Assembly: GCA_017991895.1 (NCBI GenBank)
Contig: JAGOPR010000003.1
Location: forward strand, 1 to 55,888
DNA length: 55,888 nucleotides
Source of the DNA: Minisyncoccota bacterium
Lineage (GTDB): Bacteria > Patescibacteriota > Minisyncoccia > Phycocordibacterales > UBA9973
Direction: 5' to 3'
The number at the start of each line of letters is the position of its first letter. Positions within the stretch are counted from its first letter, which is position 1. Under the pieces are notes generated by a model that was given only the letters and a program-made list of their open reading frames with translations, was not told the DNA's origin and made no database searches. The position numbers and the translations under genes were made by a program. Shown here piece after piece: positions 43,067 to 51,536 of the stretch.

Positions 43067-43147
43067 ATACTAAATAGAAAATAGTAAATAAAAATACAGA
43101 TTCTATTTAAAATTATTTACGATTTACTAATAACTATTTACTAAGAA

Positions 43148-44419
43148 ATGCAAAATTTTTTCTCAAAACTAAAAATAATCTGGACCGATAAAAATCTCCG
43201 CAATCGCATTCTTATAATGATTGCGCTTCTTATCGTATTTCGACTTCTAGCAGCTATTCCAGTGCCGGGTATTGATACTGCACGTCTTGCGGCTTTCCTA
43301 AACAACAATCAATTTTTTGGAATCCTAAACATATTCTCTGGAGGTGGACTTTCAAACCTTTCAATCATAATGCTTGGAGTAAGCCCATACATTACTGCTT
43401 CTATCATCATGCAGCTCCTTACGATCATGGTTCCGCGCTTGAAAGCACTCAACCAAGAAGAAGGACAAGCAGGAAAGAAAAAGTTTTCTCAATACTCACG
43501 ACTCATTACTGTTCCTCTAGCGTTGTTACAAGGTTTTAGTTTGCTCATGCTTCTTCAAAAGCAGGGTATCCTAGGTGTTGTTTCTCCAGTTGAATTTGTA
43601 ACTGCTCTCGCCGTTGTTTTGGCTGGTTCGATGTTTGTAATGTGGATCGGTGAAGTTATGACTGAGTACGGAATCAGTAATGGTGTTTCTATGATTATCT
43701 TTGCAGGTATCATTGCAGCTCTACCATCTAGTCTTAGTCAGCTTGCATTTACTTTTGACGTATCACAGATTCCACAACTTATACTCTTCGGAGTTCTTGG
43801 TTTGGCTCTTATCGCCGGCGTTGTGCTTGTAACTGAAGCAGAGAGACCAATACCCGTTACATACGCTCGTCAGACACGTGGAGGTACACAAACAGGCGGA
43901 GTTTCTACTTATGTTCCACTTCGCGTAAACCAAGCAGGAGTTATTCCAATCATCTTTGCGCTCTCTATAATGCTTGTACCACAGCTTTTGGGAAGCATGT
44001 TTGCACTTTCTGCAAATAGCACAATGCTCTCTGTTGGTCGCGCACTCACAAACTTCTCACAGACTACATGGCTGTACGGTATCGTTTACTTCGTTTTGGT
44101 CTTTATTTTTACTTACTTCTATACAGCAGTTACATTTGATCCACACCAAATGTCTGAAAATCTTCAGAAGGGTGGAGCATTTATCCCTGGGATTCGTCCG
44201 GGTCTTTCTACCGAACAATATATTTCTAAGGTTGTTTCTCGCATCACGCTTGTAGGAGCTCTTTTCCTAGGTATTATTGCAGTCTTGCCACTTATAGTTA
44301 AGGCTATTACGGGTATTACCGCTATCGCACTTGGTGGTACAGCAATGCTCATCGTAGTCTCAGTAGTTCTTGACCTCATAAAGAAGGTAGATGCTCAGAT
44401 TTCGATGCACGAATATTAG
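43148..44419 (+). CDS. secY: Preprotein translocase subunit SecY
   Basis: 423 aa with 10 TM. GISPYITASIIMQLL- and GGTAMLIVV-type motifs. Confidence 0.96.
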   Translation: MQNFFSKLKIIWTDKNLRNRILIMIALLIVFRLLAAIPVPGIDTARLAAFLNNNQFFGILNIFSGGGLSNLSIIMLGVSPYITASIIMQLLTIMVPRLKALNQEEGQAGKKKFSQYSRLITVPLALLQGFSLLMLLQKQGILGVVSPVEFVTALAVVLAGSMFVMWIGEVMTEYGISNGVSMIIFAGIIAALPSSLSQLAFTFDVSQIPQLILFGVLGLALIAGVVLVTEAERPIPVTYARQTRGGTQTGGVSTYVPLRVNQAGVIPIIFALSIMLVPQLLGSMFALSANSTMLSVGRALTNFSQTTWLYGIVYFVLVFIFTYFYTAVTFDPHQMSENLQKGGAFIPGIRPGLSTEQYISKVVSRITLVGALFLGIIAVLPLIVKAITGITAIALGGTAMLIVVSVVLDLIKKVDAQISMHEY

Positions 44420-44452
44420 GAGAGCAAAAAGCAAAGATAAAAATTAAAAGAA

Positions 44453-44643
44453 AACACAAAAGAACAGTCGCCGCTAATCACTAAGTCTGCTCAGCTGAAT
44501 ACAGCCTACGCGGACTAAGTGTTAGCGGCCCCGCCTCATGGTCGGCGAGCCGACATCACTGCGGCTTCACTGTGTAATAAAAAACCTCCATAAAATGGAG
44601 GTTTTTTATTCTCAGCGACTACCGGCGACTGTTCTTTTGTGTT
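44453..44643. repeat. 191-nt element bounded by perfect 21-bp inverted repeats, with three internal hairpins including a terminator
   Basis: AACACAAAAGAACAGTCGCCG (44453-44473) and CGGCGACTGTTCTTTTGTGTT (44623-44643). The GC-rich interior contrasts with AT-rich flanks. Confidence 0.8.
44579..44607. terminator. Intrinsic terminator inside the secY-adk element
   Basis: AAAAAACCTCCAT-AAA-ATGGAGGTTTTTT. Confidence 0.75.
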
Positions 44644-44655
44644 AGGATACGACGT

Positions 44656-45246
44656 ATGGAAGCTAAAACATATGTATTTTTTGGAATTGTAGGGGCCGGC
44701 AAAGGCACACAGGTTGAGCTTTTGAAGAAGCTCCTTGTTGACCGAGATCCTAGTAGAAAGATCGTTTACGCATATCCGGGGAGCGAATATCGCGCTCTTA
44801 CAGCAGGATCAAGCTATACAGGTGCCCTAGTAAAAGAAAAACTTGAGAGAGGAGAACTTCAACCAGATTTTCTAACTATTACGGTTTTTAACGATATTCT
44901 TGTCCGTGAGCTTACGAGTGATTGTCATTTTATAGCAGATGGATATCCGCGCACTCTCGTGCAAGAGGAGGCTTTCATTTCTGCTATGGAGTTCTATAAA
45001 CGCGGAGCGGTGGAAATTGTGTACATTGAAGTTACGAAGGACGAAGTAATTGAGCGCATGAAGCTTCGTGGACGTTCTGATGATACAGACGAAGGCATTG
45101 CCCGCCGATTCCAAGAATATGAAAATCATGTTATCCCTGCTATGAAACGACTCGAGGAACGTAAAGGATGTGTTCTTCACACTATTAATGGGGCGCAATC
45201 AATTGAGGCGGTACACGCTGATATTGTAAAAGCACTGGGATTCTAA
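44656..45246 (+). CDS. adk: Adenylate kinase
   Basis: FFGIVGAGKGTQ P-loop, DGYPRT, and RGRSDD lid. TAGGAT lies 7 nt before the ATG. Confidence 0.9.
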   Translation: MEAKTYVFFGIVGAGKGTQVELLKKLLVDRDPSRKIVYAYPGSEYRALTAGSSYTGALVKEKLERGELQPDFLTITVFNDILVRELTSDCHFIADGYPRTLVQEEAFISAMEFYKRGAVEIVYIEVTKDEVIERMKLRGRSDDTDEGIARRFQEYENHVIPAMKRLEERKGCVLHTINGAQSIEAVHADIVKALGF

Positions 45247-45250
45247 TTAT

Positions 45251-46066
45251 ATGAATTGGACTGTTATTTCATTAGGTGGCTCACTCGTTTATCCAGATGG
45301 ATGTGACACAGAATACGTAAATGCATTTACAAAACTTATAAAGAGCAAACTTGGAAGTGGTAATTTTGCAATAGTAACCGGTGGGGGCAAACTTGCTCGT
45401 GAGTACCAAGATGCACTTCGAGTTAAAAAGGAATCTGAACTTTCAAATGACGAGAGTGATATTGTCGGGATAGATGCGACACGGGAAAATGCTAGATGTG
45501 TACGAAATGCTTTTGGAGAAATAGCAGAACCCGAAATTTTTCTCGACCCGAGGACCCCGAGTCTTTCTGGTAAGCAGGTTCTTATTGGGGGTGGATGGAA
45601 ACCTGGTCACTCAAGCGACGGCGCATCAGTGGAACTTGCGAGAACACTTGGAGCAAAGAAAATAATAAATCTTTCAAACACAGACTATGTATATACCGCC
45701 GATCCAAGAACAAATCCTGAGGCAACTCCGATCGAACACATGAATTGGAAGGAGCTCTGTGCATTACTTCCAACTGATTGGACCCCCGGAATGCATGCTC
45801 CTTTTGATCCTATCGCTGCAAAAATGGCAGAAGAACTTGGACTTGAAGTAATTGCACTTAACGGCAAGAGTCTCGAAAATCTTTCAAACTATATCGACGG
45901 AAAAGAATTTATCGGAACAGTAATAAGTGATACTCCTACTTGGGTTAAACGCTGGGAGAGTGAAGGTTTTGGAGATTTTTCACCGGATGAAATCATTGAT
46001 CCTGAAAGTGATGAGGGTAAAAAGATACTCGAAGAATCAAGACGACGAAAGGAGGAGAACCAATAA
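45251..46066 (+). CDS. pyrH: UMP kinase, archaeal-type (amino-acid-kinase fold), with an acidic C-terminal extension
   Basis: VISLGGSLVYPDG..., AIVTGGGKLAREY, and IGGGWKPGHSSDGASVELA. Confidence 0.75.
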   Translation: MNWTVISLGGSLVYPDGCDTEYVNAFTKLIKSKLGSGNFAIVTGGGKLAREYQDALRVKKESELSNDESDIVGIDATRENARCVRNAFGEIAEPEIFLDPRTPSLSGKQVLIGGGWKPGHSSDGASVELARTLGAKKIINLSNTDYVYTADPRTNPEATPIEHMNWKELCALLPTDWTPGMHAPFDPIAAKMAEELGLEVIALNGKSLENLSNYIDGKEFIGTVISDTPTWVKRWESEGFGDFSPDEIIDPESDEGKKILEESRRRKEENQ

Positions 46067-46080
46067 ATATAAGTATCATA

Positions 46081-46668
46081 ATGAAAAGTATTTTTAACGT
46101 TTTAGGAGGAGAAGAAGTGCACCTTGGGCTCGGTGATTTGCCTATGCTTGTGCACGGACGCGAGCACTCAGGAGCATCACTTTTTCCTATTACTGTTGCT
46201 GCTCAATTACACAAAAAGGGTAGCAAGTTACTATTTTTTACAGCGTATCCGATGGCAAAGGATGAGTTTTTTGCACAACTCGGTGATTTAGTTAATACTG
46301 TCTTTTATCTTGAATCACGAGAGGATATTCCAAAAGCAGGAGAGTTTCAAACTATCGTAGTAAAAAGCGGGGATGAAAAACTTTTTCTTGCTGTGCTAGA
46401 AGAATTACCAAATCTTACCGAATACATTCCATTTCTGAAAAACGTTGAAGTAATTACGGAACCTGATATTGTAGGGTATGCGACGATACATCCATCCATA
46501 ATCGCAGGCGACATAACAAAAAGTACATTCATGGATGATTTATTATCTACGGAGTATGTCACAAAGGTCATGTTTACTCCAGTCGAAGGAGATTCCTTCG
46601 CTGGTATCGAAAAATATCAAGCAAAAATGAGTGGTAAAAATGGAGAATTAATTGTTTCTGTAAAATAA
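46081..46668 (+). CDS. Hypothetical 195-aa protein; possible RecA/KaiC-like fold with a degenerate Walker A
   Basis: LGLGDLPMLVHGREHSGASLFPITVAAQL resembles the KaiC-like N-terminal pattern, but GREHSGAS replaces GxxGxGK[ST]. Confidence 0.45.
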   Translation: MKSIFNVLGGEEVHLGLGDLPMLVHGREHSGASLFPITVAAQLHKKGSKLLFFTAYPMAKDEFFAQLGDLVNTVFYLESREDIPKAGEFQTIVVKSGDEKLFLAVLEELPNLTEYIPFLKNVEVITEPDIVGYATIHPSIIAGDITKSTFMDDLLSTEYVTKVMFTPVEGDSFAGIEKYQAKMSGKNGELIVSVK

Positions 46669-46670
46669 AT

Positions 46671-47447
46671 ATGGCAATTATCATTAAAACACCAGACGAA
46701 ATAGAGAAACTTCGAGAAGGAGGCAAGCGTTTGGCTACTGTGCTTGCTGAGACTGCGAAACAGGTTCGGGCAGGAATTTCTGCGCTTGAGCTTGATACTT
46801 TTGCGCAAAAAATGATTGCAGATTATGGTGACGAAGCTGCTTTTCTTGGATATAAACCTGCGGGGCACTATAAAGCGTATCCTGCTTCACTTATTGTCTC
46901 AGTAAATTCTGAAGTTGTTCACGGAATTCCTACAGCAGACAAGATCTTAAAAGAAGGGGACATTGTTTCGCTTGATCTTGGAATAAAACACGCGGGACTT
47001 TTTACAGACCATGCCATAACTGTGGCTGTCGGCACGCTTTCGAAAGATAAACAAAAGTTGCTTGATGTTACACGAAACGCATTGTACGAAGGGATAGAAG
47101 CAATTAAACCAAACGCACGTGTGGGTGATATCGGCTATGCAGTTTCGTCTTATGCAAAAAGTCAGGGTAAATATGGGATTGTAGAAGCCCTTGCAGGTCA
47201 CGGAGTTGGAAGAGCTATTCATGAAGATCCGTTTATACCAAACTTTGGGAAAAAAGGGACTGGAGAAAAGCTCGTTGCTGGGATGGTGATAGCAATCGAG
47301 CCGATGCTTACTCTTGGCACAAAGCATGTTATCGACACCGACGATGGATATACGATAAAAACTGAGGATGGATCAGCGGCAGCGCACTTTGAGCATACTG
47401 TTTTAGTTACAGAAACAGGATATGAGATTTTGACCCTTGTTCCATAG
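46671..47447 (+). CDS. map: Methionine aminopeptidase, type I
   Basis: VVHGIP, VSLDLG...FTDHA, GHGVG, IEPM, and FEHTVLVT metal-ligand pattern. Confidence 0.95.
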   Translation: MAIIIKTPDEIEKLREGGKRLATVLAETAKQVRAGISALELDTFAQKMIADYGDEAAFLGYKPAGHYKAYPASLIVSVNSEVVHGIPTADKILKEGDIVSLDLGIKHAGLFTDHAITVAVGTLSKDKQKLLDVTRNALYEGIEAIKPNARVGDIGYAVSSYAKSQGKYGIVEALAGHGVGRAIHEDPFIPNFGKKGTGEKLVAGMVIAIEPMLTLGTKHVIDTDDGYTIKTEDGSAAAHFEHTVLVTETGYEILTLVP

Positions 47448-47483
47448 TACCCTTTCTGTTAGTATCTTTGCATTAGTATTTAA

Positions 47484-47522
47484 TTAAGCTTTAAAGCTGT
47501 AAAGCTACAAAGCTATAAAGCT
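47484..47522 (+). repeat. Five phased 7-8-mers ending in AAGCT, 4 nt upstream of the ndk ATG
   Basis: TTAAGCT TTAAAGCT GTAAAGCT ACAAAGCT ATAAAGCT. Confidence 0.9.
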
Positions 47523-47526
47523 TTCC

Positions 47527-47997
47527 ATGGCAACACACGAACGTTCACTCATTATCATCAAGCCTGACGCAATTCAGCGCAATCTTTTCGGTGAAATTGT
47601 AGGCCGTCTTGAGAAGAAGGGTCTAAAAATAATCGGAACAAAGATGATGAATCTTCACGATACTCTTATCGAGGAACATTATGCACATATTAAGGACAAA
47701 CCTTTCTTTCCGGGGATTCGCGACTTTATGAAGGCTACTCCTGTTGTTGTGATGGCAGTAGAGGGAATAAATGCCGTGTCTGCGGTACGACTTCTTGTGG
47801 GTCCTACAAAGGCGTGGGAGGCAAACGCAGGTACTATTCGTGGCGATTTCTCACTTTCTACTCAGTCAAATCTCGTTCATGCTTCTGATACGGTAGAAGC
47901 TGGTATCGCGGAGATCACTCGCTTCTTTAAGCCAGAGGAAATCTTCTCATATGACCTTGCCGATGTTGATTTTGTTTACGCGGAACACAAAAAGTAG
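47527..47997 (+). CDS. ndk: Nucleoside diphosphate kinase
   Basis: ERSLIIIKPDA...NLVHASD active-site His region. Confidence 0.93.
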   Translation: MATHERSLIIIKPDAIQRNLFGEIVGRLEKKGLKIIGTKMMNLHDTLIEEHYAHIKDKPFFPGIRDFMKATPVVVMAVEGINAVSAVRLLVGPTKAWEANAGTIRGDFSLSTQSNLVHASDTVEAGIAEITRFFKPEEIFSYDLADVDFVYAEHKK

Positions 47998-48024
47998 TAA
48001 ATACTAAATAGGAAATGGTAAATA

Positions 48025-48062
48025 GCCACAAAAAAATCTCCTTTGGGAGATTTTTTTGTGGC
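48025..48062. terminator. Bidirectional intrinsic terminator
   Basis: GCCACAAAAAAATCTCC-TTTG-GGAGATTTTTTTGTGGC. Confidence 0.8.
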
Positions 48063-48096
48063 TGATGGTGTATGAGTATTTATTTGTCAATCTTGC

Positions 48097-48342
48097 TCAA
48101 ATTTTTTTGCGTGGTTTTTTGTAATTCACAGTTGCGTGTTTAGATACGAGGCGTATACTTCGTGTAGGATTATTTGCAATGTTACCTAGAACACTTTGTG
48201 TACGGGAATCTCCGTTGGAATCTGCTTTGGCACTTTCTACAAGATACCCACTTGGCCTCTGGCTAGGGTAACACGAAGCAAATAGTCCTAAAGAGTGTCC
48301 CTCATGCGAAAGCTTGAGGGAATTTCTTTTTTTATTTTGCAT
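48097..48342 (-). CDS. Hypothetical 81-aa basic protein
   Basis: An ORF preceded by AGGAGGG-AAA-ATG, the only canonical SD seen in the window. No family recognised. Confidence 0.45.
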   Translation of the reverse strand: MQNKKRNSLKLSHEGHSLGLFASCYPSQRPSGYLVESAKADSNGDSRTQSVLGNIANNPTRSIRLVSKHATVNYKKPRKKI

Positions 48343-48367
48343 TTTCCCTCCTGAAAGCTGGAAACTA

Positions 48368-48395
48368 TTAGCTGTAACCTATTTAGTGGTACACT
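48368..48395 (+). promoter_or_regulatory. Candidate leaderless promoter (TTAGCT-N16-TACACT, extended TGG), 6 nt before the ATG
   Basis: Seen upstream of 48402. Confidence 0.45.
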
Positions 48396-48401
48396 AAAAT
48401 C

Positions 48402-48794
48402 ATGCTTCGTAAAAAATTACTAAAAAAACTGGCTTTTTCCTTTATTCTCCTCTTTGTACTTAATGAGCCGGCGGTTTTTTTACACTGGTACAATCTTATT
48501 TGGTGGTTTGATATGCCGATGCACTTCTTGGGCGGACTTTCTGTGTTTTATTTGAGTGCAGTTTTGTGGTTACCCGCCTTAAAATATGTATCACATACAC
48601 GTTATTTATACGAAAGTGTCATCACAGCTTTGTTGATAGGTGTACTTTGGGAGGCGTTGGAACTTTTCCTATTCACTCATTTTGGTACGCCATCATTCTT
48701 CCTCGTTGACTCAATTTCTGACGTCCTCTTTGATCTCGCAGGGGCATTATTTGGAGCATTTACAATTATTCCATTGTTTAAGTCGCAGGGATAA
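48402..48794 (+). CDS. Small integral membrane protein (4 TM), family not recognised
   Basis: Hydrophobic segments, plus MPMHFLGGLSVFYL and LWEALELFLF motifs. Confidence 0.6.
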   Translation: MLRKKLLKKLAFSFILLFVLNEPAVFLHWYNLIWWFDMPMHFLGGLSVFYLSAVLWLPALKYVSHTRYLYESVITALLIGVLWEALELFLFTHFGTPSFFLVDSISDVLFDLAGALFGAFTIIPLFKSQG

Positions 48795-48820
48795 AGTAAT
48801 ACGTGTTATCATAAATATAT

Positions 48821-50209
48821 ATGTCAAAGACTCAATATCGCCTTACGTTCTGTTCGGGTGCTACAACTGTAACCGGAGCAGATTTTTTACTTGAAGGACC
48901 ACTCGACAGCGCAGGTAATCCCGCAGTTCGAATTCTTATAGATTGCGGTCTTGTTCAGGGAGAAAAAATGGCACAAGAAGAAAACTGGGAGCCTTTTGCA
49001 TACGATCCTGCGAAAATTGATTTTCTTTTTGTAACTCACGCGCACATTGACCACCTCGGTCGTATTCCAAAACTCGTACATGATGGGTTTACAGGCAAAA
49101 TTTTTGCTACACCACCTACATGTGCACTTGCGCATCCAATGCTTGAGGACACAGGTAGGATTCTTTCACACAATACTGACGACCATCTAGATGAAATTTA
49201 CACTCCTGATATTGTGACGCGTTCTTCGACCGGATGGATTGGCATAGAGTATGAAAAGCCTGTTGAGTTTACTCCGGGGGTGACTGTTACAATGCATGAC
49301 TCGGGGCACATTCTTGGATCGGCATATATTGAGTTTAAGATTGGTGATAAGAAAATTGTATTTACCGGCGACCTCGGCAACTCTCCCTCTCCAATACTGC
49401 CAGATACTACACCGCTTAAAGACGCAGACTATATTCTCATTGAAAGCGTGTACGGTGACCGTACGCACGAATCACGTGATGAACGTCGTGACTTACTTAA
49501 GGATATATTGCTTGAGAACTATCATAAAAAAGGGGTACTCATAATACCTACCTTCTCGCTCGAACGAACACAGGAAGTAATCTTCGAAATTAATGAGCTT
49601 ATGGAAAATAAGAAAATTCCAAAAATGCCGGTATATATAGATTCTCCGCTTGCTATTTCGATTACAAAAATCTATCGCCAATACATGAATTATCTGAATA
49701 AGAATATTCAAGAGCATATTGCGCGTAATGATGATCCGTTTATGTTCCCCGGACTTGTTGAAACTCCAGAGGCCAGCGACTCAAAGGCTATTTTGCATAA
49801 ACCAGATCCGAAAGTAATTATTGCTGGCTCAGGAATGTCAGCCGGCGGACGTGTGATTCATCATGAGCACAACTACCTTTCAAATCCAAACAATACCCTG
49901 CTCCTTATTGGTTATCAGGCCGTAGGGACGCTCGGAAGACGACTAGAAGAAGGGGCAAAGCATATAACGCTCGACAGAATGAGTATTTTGGTACGAGCTT
50001 CTGTGAAGAAGATTAGTGGCTATTCAGGTCATAAAGATACCGACGGTCTTGTTGAATTTGTTTCGGGTGCTACTCCAAAACTTAAGAAAGTGTATACAGT
50101 AATGGGGGAGCCGAAATCTACGATGTTTCTTGCACAGCGTTTGAAAAACGAACTTGGGGTAAATGCTGAAGCGCCTATGGCAGGGCAGTCTGTTGTATTA
50201 GATTTCTAA
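48821..50209 (+). CDS. Metallo-beta-lactamase / beta-CASP family hydrolase (RNA-processing nuclease-like)
   Basis: FVTHAHIDHLGRIP (HxHxDH), DSGHILGSA, ESVYGDR, and C-terminal ...GYSGHKD. Confidence 0.8.
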   Translation: MSKTQYRLTFCSGATTVTGADFLLEGPLDSAGNPAVRILIDCGLVQGEKMAQEENWEPFAYDPAKIDFLFVTHAHIDHLGRIPKLVHDGFTGKIFATPPTCALAHPMLEDTGRILSHNTDDHLDEIYTPDIVTRSSTGWIGIEYEKPVEFTPGVTVTMHDSGHILGSAYIEFKIGDKKIVFTGDLGNSPSPILPDTTPLKDADYILIESVYGDRTHESRDERRDLLKDILLENYHKKGVLIIPTFSLERTQEVIFEINELMENKKIPKMPVYIDSPLAISITKIYRQYMNYLNKNIQEHIARNDDPFMFPGLVETPEASDSKAILHKPDPKVIIAGSGMSAGGRVIHHEHNYLSNPNNTLLLIGYQAVGTLGRRLEEGAKHITLDRMSILVRASVKKISGYSGHKDTDGLVEFVSGATPKLKKVYTVMGEPKSTMFLAQRLKNELGVNAEAPMAGQSVVLDF

Positions 50210-50210
50210 T

Positions 50211-50333
50211 TAAAAGCGTACTATTCGGCGCACTGCTTGAGTTTCCCTCAATAATTTATTCAACGTATAGGTATACGTCTCATAAATTCTTTCAGTCCAA
50301 CTCATCGCATTGCATCCGACTATTACACTTTTA
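50211..50333. repeat. ~123-nt imperfect palindrome (long stem-loop) between the beta-CASP gene and the shared terminator
   Basis: The arm at 50211-50243 pairs with 50299-50333 with a few mismatches or bulges. The central hairpin is ACGTATA-GG-TATACGT (50263-50278). Confidence 0.7.
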
Positions 50334-50337
50334 AAAT

Positions 50338-50366
50338 AAAAAACACCCGCTAAGCGGGTGTTTTTT
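50338..50366. terminator. Bidirectional intrinsic terminator (beta-CASP gene / rplT)
   Basis: AAAAAACACCCGC-TAA-GCGGGTGTTTTTT. Confidence 0.8.
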
Positions 50367-50377
50367 ATTGAGTTTAA

Positions 50378-50722
50378 TTAAGCCAAAGTTTTCAATACAC
50401 GAGTCATTGTTTCCGGCTTGTGTTCTGCAAGGTAGGCGAGAACCTTACGGTCGAGAGCATAATTTTTCTTTTTCATTGCGCCCATAGTCTTACTGAAAGA
50501 TGTTCCACTTGCGATTGCAGCTGAGGCAATCTTTGTCTGCCAAAGTCCGCGATTTTCTCGCTTCTTAAGCTTGCGGTGTTTGAATGCGTATGCTCCAGCA
50601 TGCTTGAGTGCGTCCTTTGCTGCGGCCTCCTTTGTACTTCGTCCGAAGCGGAATCCTTTTGCAGCCTTAAGTACATTTCGGCGACGCTTATTTTTTATTA
50701 CTCCTCTTTTTACTCTACTCAT
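50378..50722 (-). CDS. rplT: 50S ribosomal protein L20
   Basis: MSRVKRGVIKNKRRRNVLKAAKGFRFGRS... Confidence 0.96.
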   Translation of the reverse strand: MSRVKRGVIKNKRRRNVLKAAKGFRFGRSTKEAAAKDALKHAGAYAFKHRKLKKRENRGLWQTKIASAAIASGTSFSKTMGAMKKKNYALDRKVLAYLAEHKPETMTRVLKTLA

Positions 50723-50747
50723 ATATTTTTAGTTATGTTATTTATTA

Positions 50748-50933
50748 CTAGCTGAACGGCAGAAACTGGCTTCTCTGCTTGGTTGTCATTTTGAAATTCT
50801 GGCTGACCTTACCAGAGAGTTGCTTACTTCGTGGCTGTTTCGCATTGAAGTGGTTGAACCCAGGTGTACGCGCTTTAATTTTACCGTTCTTAGAAACTTT
50901 TAGGCGCTTTGAGTATGATTTATTTGTTTTCAT
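50748..50933 (-). CDS. rpmI: 50S ribosomal protein L35
   Basis: MKTNKSYSKRLKVSKNGKIKARTPGFNH. Confidence 0.93.
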   Translation of the reverse strand: MKTNKSYSKRLKVSKNGKIKARTPGFNHFNAKQPRSKQLSGKVSQNFKMTTKQRSQFLPFS

Positions 50934-50937
50934 AAAA

Positions 50938-51462
50938 TTATATTTTCTTTACTGTGTCGCGCTCGATTACGAGAGCGAGTCCTTTAGGGCCCTTTTTAGG
51001 TTCTTCAGCAATCTTGAAAGGCTCAGTTATAAAATGAAGCACTCGGTCGAGGCGTTCCTTGAGGAATTTCTCATCCTGATACTTCGTACGTCCTGAAAGA
51101 TACAATTCAACTTTTATCCGGTGTCCCTCGGCGAGCCATTTCGAAGCCTGTTTCGCCTTGAGTTCCAAATCGTGTTCGCCAGTGGCAACTTTGATTTGGA
51201 TAGCTTTTGTTTCAGTACGCTTTGCACCCGCTTTCATCTTTTTCTCCTTTTTTGATTCGAGATAAAGATATTTACCGTACTCCATTATCTTTGCGATAGG
51301 GGGAACGGCATTTGGTCCAGTTTCAATAAGGTCTAAGCCTTTTGACTGGGCCATTGCGAGGGCGTCTTTAAGCGAAAGAATGCCAATATTTTGGCCTTCT
51401 TCATCTAAAACACGAAGCTCTGTAGCACGGATATATGAATTGGTTCTTACTCTTACTTTCAA
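50938..51462 (-). CDS. infC: Translation initiation factor IF-3
   Basis: IRATELRVLDEEGQNIG...PPIAKIMEYGKY... The start codon at 51462 is TTG. An in-frame TAA 18 nt upstream limits alternatives. Confidence 0.9.
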   Translation of the reverse strand: MKVRVRTNSYIRATELRVLDEEGQNIGILSLKDALAMAQSKGLDLIETGPNAVPPIAKIMEYGKYLYLESKKEKKMKAGAKRTETKAIQIKVATGEHDLELKAKQASKWLAEGHRIKVELYLSGRTKYQDEKFLKERLDRVLHFITEPFKIAEEPKKGPKGLALVIERDTVKKI

Positions 51463-51507
51463 GGGTTTTCGACTGGGCGCTTAAGGCGCGGAAGTCGTAT
51501 GGGGCTT

Positions 51508-51536
51508 ATACTATCGTATTTTTGACAATGAGTCAA
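51508..51536 (-). promoter_or_regulatory. Candidate infC-rpmI-rplT promoter
   Basis: Minus strand TTGACT-N17-TAGTAT, about 40 nt upstream of the TTG start. Confidence 0.5.

Noticed and set aside
44470-44529. tRNA-like reading of the GC-rich hairpin in the secY-adk spacer (8-bp closing stem GCCGCTAA/TTAGCGGC).
   Set aside because: It is only 60 nt, folds as one continuous hairpin, and has no D, anticodon or T arms and no T-loop consensus.
9241-45095. Hammerhead-like CTGATGA cores, for example near 9245, 13265 and 45088.
   Set aside because: All lie inside well-supported coding sequences and lack the flanking helices and the GAAA partner needed for a ribozyme.
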